Below are positions 14,201 to 26,200 of a stretch of DNA of 64,000 nt, in pieces. Position numbers and translations under genes: made by a program. Source of the stretch: Owenia fusiformis (lineage: Eukaryota); contig CAIIXF020000001.1 in NCBI GenBank assembly GCA_903813345.2, positions 3,038,001 to 3,102,000 of the forward strand, in the 5' to 3' direction. The notes beneath the pieces are model-generated. The model was not told where the DNA came from. It saw only the letters and a program-made list of their open reading frames with translations, and did no database searches. Positions within the stretch are counted from its first letter, which is position 1, and each line of letters begins with the position of its first letter.

Positions 14201-17200
14201 AATACAGTACACTGCAGTACAATACAATGCAGTGCAATAAAATGCAGTGTAATTCAAGACAATGCAATAAAATACTGTGCAATACAGTACAGTGCAATAT
14301 AATACAATGCAGTGCACTGCAATACAATACAGTGCAATATAATACAATGCAGTGCACTGCAATGCAATACAATATGGTGCAGTGCAATATATTGCAGTGC
14401 AATTCAAAACAATGCAGTGTAATACAATGCAGTGCAACACAATGTGGTACAGTGCAATACATTATAATGCAGTGCAATACAATACAATGCAGCGCAATAC
14501 AATGTAGTACACTGCAGTACAATACAATGCAGTGCAATAAAGTACAATGCAGTGCAATATAATATAATACAGTGCAATACAGTACAATATGATGCAATAG
14601 AATACAATGCAGTGCAATACAATACAATGCAGTGCAATACAATAAAATGCAGTACAATACAATACAATGATGTGCTATACAATACAATACAATGCAATGA
14701 AATGCAATTCAATGCTATGAATGTACACCTTCTACAGTCAAATAAACACAGATAAAATTGTAATAGTATGTTAGTGTATGGAGTTTGAAGTGGGTGGGAG
14801 ATACAATTACCAGTCTGCTGATTGATGACTTAATAACTTAGAAAAGATCTCCTAGCTTTTAACAGGTGGCACTTATGTCTACCTTATGTTCTTGAACAAT
14901 CTCGTCTAAGAATACAGACCCGTATCCTGGATTAACCTGGGGGAGTGGTTTTACCAAGGGGGAGATTTTGCCAAGAGGGGGGAGCTTTTTGACAGTTATG
15001 GCAAAAAAATCATGCGAAAAGTGCTAAGAATGGTGAAAAACTGCATGATTTTGAACGAATATTTGGCAAGGGGGAGGGGGGTGAGGCCCCCTGGCTACGG
15101 CCATGGAATACATATAGGAACTTTCCTTCTCCCAGAAGAAATGGTATACAGGTATTACATCAATCATTCTGGTATTTTGTATACGAAGGTCTGTAGTTAC
15201 TTTATTGAAAGATGGCAGTGTACACTGTGTACTACCATTTTGAGGTCAGTTTGACTTTATATTTCTGCGCACTATAATCTGTAATTCTCATAGATATCCT
15301 CTATAGAGGCATCACTGTGATCCAAAATTACAATTTCGCAGGTCAAGTCTGCAGTCTTTCGAAAAAAGTTGAATTCGTTGTGCTACCCTTTCTTGTTGGG
15401 CATTTATTAACAGAAAACTATAATTACATCGCGCCAGCATATACAAGCTTCAGCGCGATATTTTGAGTATGTTAATAAATAAAGTGCGCAGAAATCGATC
15501 TTACTGGGCCGCGGTGTGCGATATCACTCATAAACGATTTTTAATTGCGCACTGAATGAATTACAGGGGCGCGTTGTGCAAAGTGAATTAAATAAATAAA
15601 GTGCGCAGAAATATATCTGACTGGGCCGCGGTGTGTGATATCACTCCCATGTTAAAACTCCATTGAATTTTAAATTCTGCGGTATATCCCCTTTCGCTTT
15701 CCGTAATATTGTACTGTATTGCACTGTATTATATTATATTGCACTGCATTGTACTTTATTGCACTGCATTGTATTGTACTGCAGTGTACTACATTGTATT
15801 GCGCTGCATTGTATTGTATTGCACTGCATTATAATGTATTGCACTGTACCACATTGTGTTGCACTGCATTGTATTACACTGCATTGTTTTGAATTGCACT
15901 GCAATATATTGCACTGAACCATATTGTATTGCATTGCATTGCACTGCATTGTATTATATTGCACTGTATTGTATTGCACAGTATTGTATTGCATTGTCTT
16001 GAATTACACTGCATTTTATTACACTGCATTGTATTTATTGCACTGCATTGTATTGTACTGCAGTGTACTGTATTCTATTGCACAGCATTGTTTTGTATTG
16101 CACTGTATTGTATTGCATTGTATTGAATTGCACTGTATTGTATTTTATTGCACTGCTTTGCACTACATTTTATTGCACTGTATTGAACTGCGATGTATTG
16201 TATTGCACTGTATTGTATTGCACTGCACTAAACTGCGATGTATTGTATTACACTGTATTGTATTGCACTGCACTGTATTGAACTGCGATGTATTGTATTG
16301 CACTGCATTGTATTGCACTGTACCACATTGTATTGCACTGCATTGTATTGAAATGAACTACATTGTAACTGTATTGTATTTTATTGAACTGCATTGCACT
16401 ACATTGTATTGCACTGTATTGAACTGTGATGTATTGTATTGCACTGCATTGTGTTGCACTGTACCACATTGCATTGCACTGCATTGTATTGAAATGAATT
16501 ACATTGTAACTGTATTGTATTTTATTGCACTGCATTGCACTACATTGTATTGCACTGTATTGAACTGCGATGTATTGTATTGCACTGCATTGTATTGCAC
16601 TGTACCACATTGTGTTGCACTGTATTGTATTACACTGCATTGCTTTGTATTGCACAGTATTGTATTGCATTGTCTTGATTTACACTGCATTTTATTACAC
16701 TGCATTGTATTTTATTGCAGTGTAATGTATTGTATTGCACAGCATTGTATTGTATTGCACTGTGTTGCATTGTATTGAATTGCACTGTATTGTATATTAT
16801 TGCACTGCATTGCACTACATTGTATTGCACTGTATTGAACTGTGATGTATTGTATTGCACTGCATTGTATTGCACTGTGCCACATTGTATTGCACTGCAT
16901 TGTATTGAAATGAACTACATTGTAACTGCATTGTATTCTATTGCACTGCATTGCACTACATTGTATTGCACTGTATTGAACTGCGATGTATTGCACTGCA
17001 TTGTATTGCACTGTACCACATTGTATTGCACTGCATTGTATTGAAATGAACTACATTGTATTGCACTGCATGGCATTGTTTTGCACTGTATTGCATTGCA
17101 CTGCATTGTATTGCATTATATTGCACTGTATTGTATTACATCGTATTGCACTGCATTTTATTGTATTATATTGCACTAGATTGTATTGTATCATATTGCA

Positions 17201-20200
17201 CTGCATTTTTTGCATCATATAACACTGCTTTGTATTGCATCATATTACACTACATTGTATTGCATCATATTGCACTGCATTGTATTGCATCATATTGCTC
17301 TGCATTGTATTGCATCATATTGCACCGCATTGTATTACATCATATTGCACCACATTGTATTGCATCATATTGCACTGCATTGTATAACATCATATTGCAC
17401 TGCATTGTATTGCTACGGAAAGCGAAAAGGGGATATACCGCAGAATTTAAAATTCAATGGAGTTTTAACATGGGAGTGATATCACACACCGCGGCCCAGT
17501 CAGATATATTTCTGCGCACTTTATTTATTTCATTCACTTTGCACAACGCGCCCCCTGTAATTCATTCAGTGCGCAATTAAAAATTGTTTATGAGTGATAT
17601 CGCACACCGCGGCCCAGTAAGATCGAGCTGCGCACTTTATTTATTAACACACTCAAAATATCGCGCTGAAGCTTGTATATGCTGGCGCGATGTAATTATA
17701 GTTTTCTGTTGATAAATGCCCAACAAGAAACGGTAGCACAACGAATTCAACTTTTTTCGAAAGACTGCAGACTTGACCTGCGAAATTGTAATTTTGGATC
17801 ACAGTGATGCCTCTAGAGAGGATATCTATGAGAATTACAGATTATAGTGCGCAGAATTATAAAGTCAAACTGACCTCAAAATGGTAGTACACAGTGTACA
17901 CTGCCATCTTTCAATAAAGTAACTACAGACCTTCGTATACAAAATACCAGAATGATTGATGTAATACCTGTATACCATTTCTTCTGGGAGAAGGAAAGTT
18001 CCTATATGTATTCCATGGCCGTAGCCAGGGGGCCTCACCCCCTCCCCCTTGCCAAATATTCGTTCAAAATCATGCAGTTTTTCACCATTCTTAGTAGCAC
18101 TTTTCGCATGATTTTTTTGCCATAACTGTCAAAAAGCTCCCCCCTCTTGGCCAAATCTCCCCCTTGGTAAAACCACTCCCCCAGGTTAATCCAGGATACG
18201 GGTCTGTATTCTTAGACGAGATTGTTCAAGAACATAAGGTAGACATAAGTGCCACCTGTTAAAAGCTAGGAGATCTTTTCTAAGTTATTAAGTCATCAAT
18301 CAGCAGACTGGTAATTGTATCCCCCACCCACTTCAAACTCCATACACTAACATACTATTACAATTTTATCTGTGTTTATTTGACTGTGGAAGGTGTACAT
18401 TCATAGCATTGAATTGCATTTCATTGCATTGTATTGTATTGTATAGCACATCATTGTATTGTATTGTACTGCATTTTATTGTATTGCACTGCATTGTATT
18501 CTATTGCACTGCATTGTATTCTATTGCATTATATTGTACTGTATTGCACTGTATTATATTATATTGCACTGCATTGTACTTTATTGCACTGCATTGTATT
18601 GTACTGCAGTGTACTACATTGTATTGCGCTGCATTGTATTGTATTGCACTGCATTATAATGTATTGCACTGTACCACATTGTGTTGCACTGCATTGTATT
18701 ACACTGCATTGTTTTGAATTGCACTGCAATATATTGCACTGCACCATATTGTATTGCACAGTATTGTATTGCATTGTCTTGAATTACACTGCATTTTATT
18801 ACACTGCATTGTATTTTATTGCACTGCATTGTATTGTACTGCAGTGTACTGTATTCTTTTGCACAGCATTGTTTTGTATTGCACTGTATTGTATTGCATT
18901 GTATTGAATTGCACTGTATTGTATTTTATTGCACTGCATTGCACTACATTGTATTGCACTGTATTGAACTGCGATGTATTGTATTGCACTGTATTGTATT
19001 GCACTGCACTGTATTGAACTGCGATGTATTGTATTGCACTGCATTGTATTGCACTGTACCACATTGTATTACACTGCATTGTATTGAAATGAACTACATT
19101 GTAACTGTATTGTATTTTATTGCACTGCATTGCACTACATTTTATTGCACTGTATTGAACTGCGATGTATTGTATTGCACTGCATTATATTGCACTGTAC
19201 CACATTGTGTTGCACTGTATTGTATTACTCTGCATTGCTTTGTATTGCACAGCAATATATTGCACTGCACCATATTGTATTGCACTGCATTGCAATGCAC
19301 TGCATTGTATTATATTGCATTGTATTGTATTGCACAGTATTGTATTGCATTGTCTTGATTTACACTGCATTTTACACTGCATTGTATTTTACTGCAGTGT
19401 AATGTATTGTATTGCACAGCATTGTATTGTATTGCACTGTGTTGTATTGCATTGTATTGAATTGCACTGTATTGTATTTTATTGCACTGCATTGCACTAC
19501 ATTGTATTGCACTGTATTGAACTGCGATGTATTGTATTGCACTACATTGTATTGCACTGTACCACATTGTATTGCACTGCATTGTATTGAAATGAACTAC
19601 ATTGTATTGCACTGCACGGCATTGTTTTGCACTGTATTGCATTGCACTGCATTGTATTGCATTATATTGCACTGTATTGTATTGCATCGTATTGCACTGC
19701 ATTTTATTGTATTATATTGCACTACATTGTATTGTATCATATTGCACTGCATTTTTTGCATCATATAACACTGCTTTGTATTGCATCATATTACACTACA
19801 TTGTATTGCATCATATTGTATTGCATCATATTGCTCTGCATTGTATTGCATCATATTGCACCGCATTGTATTACATCATATTGCACCACATTGTATTGCA
19901 TCATATTGCACTGCATTGTATAACATCATATTGCACTGCATTGTATTGCATCATATTCCGTATTTACCATTTCGTTACAGTTTTATTACATAAAATGTTA
20001 TTTATAAGATTATAATTTTCAAACATTGAAAATATTTTATACAATATCAATTAAAAAATATGAAATGGCCCAAAATAATATATTTTCAATATTTTAGATA
20101 TATTTCATATTTTAGAATCGAATCTGATAAAAGTGCGCATGTCCTGGATGTGCTGCGCGCTAGAATCGGGAAATCTCAAAGTTCTCCTCGTTAGAGCCAT

Positions 20201-23200
20201 CAATATTATCCAAAATTGTCATTTCGCTGGTTCACTCCGCAGTCTTTCGAAAAAAAATCAAATTCGTGGTGCCACGAATTTTTATTCGTTTTTTATTCAC
20301 AGATAATCATTTTTTCATCGCGCACTGAATGCCGGAATTTCTGCGCACTTTATTTTAATTAACTTTGGTCAACGCGGCCCCTGTAATTCATTCAGTGCGC
20401 GATGAAATCTATCTGACTGGGCCGCGGTGTGTGATATCACTCCCATGTTAAAACTCCATTCGATTTTGAATTATGCGCATGTCCCCTATAGCTTTCCGTA
20501 CTATACACCTGATAACTGGTACAAACGCTATTTAGGTCTCATCGCAGAGCTCCGTTATTGGAATTTTTGGCATGCGATTTTAAATTTCAAATTGTTAGTA
20601 CGCGCACAGGTTATTTACTTTTTCCATATATTTTACAAGTTGCTAATGATACTCCTAGGCTACTTTGTACACATTTTCAGTGAATTTGGTTCATCATTTT
20701 TTGGGACACCCGATATATGTGCAATAAATGTAACATTATTCGGGTTAGAGTATATTTAGTATTTTGTTCTCAGACTCGTGACATTTTACCGCAACATTAC
20801 ATGCATACGTTGTTTAAATCGTTCATTTCCTTACAAGGCTCAAAGGCGAAGATCACAGGTAGTCTCCGATTTGAGGATCTTCTGCCATTCTCCGCAGCGA
20901 CAAATTATTACAGATACCAGGGAAGGTTTTCCAACCCACCATGTTTTAATACCTTGTGGACGGTTTTCGCAGACACTGTTTTGATCTCAGAAAGACAGGT
21001 AACATTCAGTAAATTACATTTGTATAGTTCATGGTTATTTTACGGTTGACCACGAGATGCAATGGGTGTTATCTTGCCTAAATATGTACAGGGTGTCCCG
21101 AAAGTATGCTTCCCCCTAGGCAGACATATACTAATGTCTCCATAGTATGTGTCATTTATAATTTTAAAGCTCTTCCAATGTTACATTGATTTGCCAAGTA
21201 TCATGGTTCAACTCACACATGTTAAAAAGTAACAGGCATTTCAAAAGTGATAAAACCATGATACTTGGCAAATCAATGTAAGTTTGCAATTGTATGAGCT
21301 TTAAAATGATATATGACACATACTATGGGCCCATTGGTATATGTCTGCCTAGGGGGCATACTTTCGGGACCCCCTGTAGGTACTTAATTTATACATTTTG
21401 GAACTTCAAGATAATGGCTTCTTAACATGCGCAACAATTATAATCCCCTAAACAATAAATATTATACTTGCATCTGCTACTTGTAGCTGGAAGCATTCAA
21501 AGGTCTCAATGACATGGATGGAAATCCTTTGAAGGACGTTTTCAGACCAACCCAGGATCTTGGAGATCGTATTGTCAAGTCAAGCGTTCCACCTCAAATG
21601 GAATTTGTCCCTGGTTCTCCACCGAGGAAAGGTCGGTGTAAATCAATCTACCTATTAGTTTAAGACGTTTAATTTACGCAAAAATACTTCAAAAATATAA
21701 GGTTTAATAATTTTCTGTTTCATCATTACGAGGGGTGATCAATAAGTAATGGACGCTTTTTTACACAGATACTTTTTATGGACCAATCCCTTTGATTTTC
21801 TAACCAGTGATGCATCATTCACTTATCTATCAATTCTGAAGATTTGAAGACAAAATATATAATACATGTTGATCTATTCTTATTTCTGTGAAGGAGGTAC
21901 AGGTACCCCGGGACCGACATTTACGTCACATATTCAGTTTTTAGCCAGTTTGGCAAATTTCAGTTACATTTACACTTATTTTATATGCAACAAGTGTTGT
22001 GTTGTTTCAAACATTTTGCTGACTGGTTACACGTAAACAGTAAGTGATGTGATGTCAGAGTGTTGTATGGTCGGGGTTTCCAGGTCAATTTGAGGAAGCA
22101 TTGTGGAAGAAGGGGTTGGTGAGAGAAAGAACCCCCCACTCCATATGGACAATTCACCTGCCCACATATCTCAAAATGTTCAGAAAACAATATTCCTAGA
22201 CCTCAAAATTGAGCTCTTGGCCATTGCACCATATTGTCCAGATCTGCTCACATGTGACTTATTTATTTCTATACTACTTATTTCTATAGAGAAGGGACGC
22301 AGATTTATTGACATTGATGAAATAAAACAACCCGTGCAACTGCATCTTGCTACCATGTCAGAGAATGGATTCAGCCTTGTCTCACAATCTTGAGTTAAGA
22401 GGATGAAGAATTCTGTACATGTAGCACTTGATGGAACCTATGTAGAGGGCCCTGTAGAATGAATGTGACATGAGTACCACATAGTGATGATAAAATATTC
22501 AAAATCAACTATGGCATAACAAAATGGGGTAATTCATGACCATAATGGTTTGTTTTGTTCAGCCTGCATTCAACTGCGTTGCATGTTAAACAAGCTAAAA
22601 TAACTTCAGAATGTTTGACGTAAATGTCGGTCCCGGGGTACCTATACCTCCTTCACGGAAATAAAAATATATCAAAATATATTACATGTTTTGTTTTCAA
22701 ATCTTCAGAGTTGATAGATATTTGAATGATGTATCACTGGTAAGAAAATCAAAGGTATTGGTCTATAAAAAGCATCCGTGTAAAAAAGCGTCCATTACTT
22801 ATTGATCACCCCTCGTATTTATCCTCTGTATGACGTGTCCTTATTATATGTTTGTAATATCATCTGTTTTATCAATGAAGCCTGTGTTGATGTGTTTTTC
22901 GTCATTGACGAGAGTTGCTCTGTGTATGAAGACATGCAGAAAGTTAAAGATTTCATCAAGGATCTAGTTGATGGAATTATTGTTGGAGATGATGCAGTGT
23001 TAATGTCTCTCGTGAGGTATGTAACCGATTTTTATTATTATTAGATTTATTTTCCCTCCATTGATTGGAGATAATATAATAATTATATATTGCAGTATTA
23101 TTGGATGCGTATCAAAATTTAAACAACAATAGACAAAATAGAACTCTAATAAACACCAATAACATTATAAGTAGGATCTGAGAATTGATAAGAGTAGGTA

Positions 23201-26200
23201 TAATGCACAAAGATGAACATAAAAAGCTATGAAATACTTGGAACCGCATACATCTTCCCCAAGGTCGATGTTGCATGTCCAGGTGGTCATTCTTGCTACG
23301 TGTTAAAATATTCTATGCAATTCATACGAGCTATACATGATTTGACAAGATAAAAATTTTCCTTATGAAAATACACCTGTATTCTGAGATAACTGACGTT
23401 CCGTTGGTCACACACGGTGCTCATCACACACTCATCGTAGGGGGACGGCCTGTTTATATATAACTATTAACTTATACATAGCTATCCCAGGTAAATCTAA
23501 TTGACTCCAATCCGGGCGAGGTACATGTTCTGTATAATAGTGCTCACGCGTTTAAGTCCACTTTCGTTAATACAGTTGTCTCCCCCGAAGAGAGCTCGCA
23601 GTTTCATTGAATTTGACATTGCACTAATGTTTGGTACTCCATCTAGAATTGTATTTAATGTGCCCCTATTGTGCAGTCTACATTTTAAGACAAAGTGTTC
23701 AAGCGTTTCAATTTCCTCATAGCAGCTCTCACAAAACCTATCTCTCAACGGTATTCCCTCCCATTCGCCTGTGTTAATTCTTAAGCGGCCTTGTCCGACC
23801 ATTAAGCGTACCATTAAGCGTACCATTAAGTTACATCTTTTAATGAACCTTGAATCACTCCTAGCTATTGTCCACCATATACAGGGTTTCACACATTGGA
23901 TAACTTCCTTATAGAGTGTTAGTTCTTTATATGTGTTAACTTCGTGTCTCCAACCATCCAAATCGCAATTCCTTATCACATTCTGCACATGGCGTTTCCA
24001 TGTCAATTTTGATGGATTTGCACCATTGTCCAGTACTTGATATATCGATAGGGAGGTTAAGCTACACATTTTGAATAAAATTTTGAACGCTTTCACGTAC
24101 AAGTCTTCTTATAGCAATTAACCCCCTTATGGGTAAGCCGAATATCCCAAACTATAATAAATCAACCGATGAAAAAATGTCAAATCCTCTTTCCTCACCA
24201 TTCAGTAAGGAAATTCTTATAGAACATGCTGAAGAACAAAGTAAAAACTATTTCCAATCTCCTTAACATCGAGATTAAGCCGCCAAAATAGTCCTTAGAA
24301 AACAATTAACAAAGAAGGGTTTCGATCCACATTCCTCAACCTGCATTGTTTTAGCATCACTTAGACTAATCGTTGAATGTTTCTATATTCATAAATTATT
24401 ATACAAACAGTACATGCTTACCCCTACCCAAGCTTATAGAAATTGACTTGATTTACAGATACAGTGCTCCAGTGAATATGAACTTCTTCCACAGTATGAC
24501 GACCAGCAATGATGTTGTAAAGGGATTCATAGATACACAGCCATTAGGACAACAGAGCACTTGTAGAACGCATACCTCACAAGCTCTCAAGTTCAATTCA
24601 AATAGGTCAGTACACACGGTGACTATCCAGGCCCCGTATATCGCGAGCAAGTTCCCACTGACAAATAAAGATATAATGAGTTTCACTTACTAAAGCTTCA
24701 TAGATATTTTATATATCAATTTTATCATATCTCTCAAGGCCCCGATTCTAACATGAGTACAACATGTTAGAATATGATTATCAGAATCACGTGGTCTCTC
24801 GTGTCTTCAGCGCTTGTAAATTAGCCTTACTATTACTTTTTTTAATAAATGAATATTAATAACAGAATTTGGTGTAAAGTTCGGGTAATTTTCTTGTACT
24901 ACACATATTTCGTCACACGGTTGTTTTAGGTTCTTTGGTCTAGGCAAGTGGGACAACGAAACTGCAGAGCGTGACTTTGGAATTAGGAATATTGCCCCTG
25001 ATGTCATGATCATAATAACAGATGGAACCTCTATTCCGATGAAAGGTCGACCTTGTAAGCGTAACATATTTTTAATATTAAAAGGAGTTCCTTTTAACCC
25101 ATTTATCTTATAACTTAACTAATGTTAATAGAGCATAAAGAGTAATAATGCCAAGTTAACTTATGCTTCGAATTAATTTTCAATGAATAATATTAACTTC
25201 ATTCAAATAAGTGCAAATGCTTTCCTAGTCTACTTTTGCATTAACCTTTAAGCACAACCTAAATAAATAAAAGGGAAGATATATATACCCTCCATCTGTA
25301 AAGAAAAAAGGTGCAAGGTCCTTTATTAATCATATCTTTTTATTGTCCATTGTTAATGTTATACTAAACATCCAGAAGTATATGTACGTATACTTTGACC
25401 AAATGGGGAAAATTCCAAAGAATTCCGTTTATGTCGTGAAGAGTTAAAACGAATTGAATGGAACCACCCACAAAAGCATGAGTGTGACTTTTTACTATAA
25501 ATTGACGTCATAAATATGAGAAATGCGATAAAGAGCATTTTTCTCAAAAAGGGGATCTTATGCGACGTGAAATTAAATTGTAAGACTTCCACCAGTTATT
25601 CACAATATTTATACGATGTGTCTTTAAGAGTTTAGTGAAATAATAATTTTTATGATTGATGCACCGTTTTTTCTTTGAAGAGGGCACATGTATTGACAGT
25701 CGATAACTGGATAATATTGATGATGTCATCGACATTATATAAACTGTAATAACATTTTCATTGATCACTAGCCGCCTTGGCAGAGGCCGCCAAACTGAGG
25801 GCACGGGGAGTTGAGATTTACACCATCGGGCTGATAAATCAAAATGAACGTGATGGTTCAGTGGAACTGCGAGGCTTTACTGGGGGAAATGATGACCATG
25901 TCTTTGATATAAATGATGAAGGTTTAGCCGGACAATTTGCGGATATCATCAACTCTTACAAGACATGTACAGGCGACAAAGGTAAGGCATTTTCGACCCG
26001 ATTTTATAATTATTTTGTCCAAAAATTTAACACTTAAAGGGTGACGCATATCGTTTAGCAAATCGAACGCTCGTTTCTGGTGTTGCTCACCGTTTAGTAT
26101 AAAAGGCCCGATCCCGGAATAATACTCAAGGGTTCACAGGTTCGATGTCGTTGTGTCAACACCTCTAACTGTTATATAGCATAAGTATATTATAGATCGT

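Larger units (their letters stand above)
11733..20500 (+). mobile_element. Composite of non-autonomous TIR elements (TAC..GTA termini, 6-bp TSD; IS3EU-like), outer limits
   Basis: Starts TACGGAAAGC at 11733 and ends GCTTTCCGTA at 20500; TSD CTATAC at 11727-11732 and 20501-20506; imperfect TIRs of about 90 bp. Layout: arm A, satellite, inverted copy, satellite, arm A, satellite, arm B. Confidence 0.85.
11203..20713. mobile_element. Old TA-flanked MITE that hosts the nested element cluster
   Basis: Degenerate inverted arms ~11203-11430 vs ~20515-20713 (TCGGATGTCC..TGATGAACCAAATT..GTACAAAGTAGCC.AGGAGTAT and its reverse complement), with TA on both flanks. Confidence 0.65.

Noticed and set aside
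12186-15254. Duplicated 80-aa ORF MRKVLRMVKNC.. (12186-12428 minus, 15012-15254 plus)
   Set aside because: Lies in arm A of the repeated element and spans a small MITE boundary; no recognisable domain. Identity reflects copy recency.
12728-20015. Dozens of Cys/His/Tyr-rich or Gln/Asn-rich ORFs (HCIVLYC.., QYNAVQ..), superficially metallothionein- or keratin-like
   Set aside because: They are translations of a 5-bp satellite, open in several frames on both strands and inside an intron.
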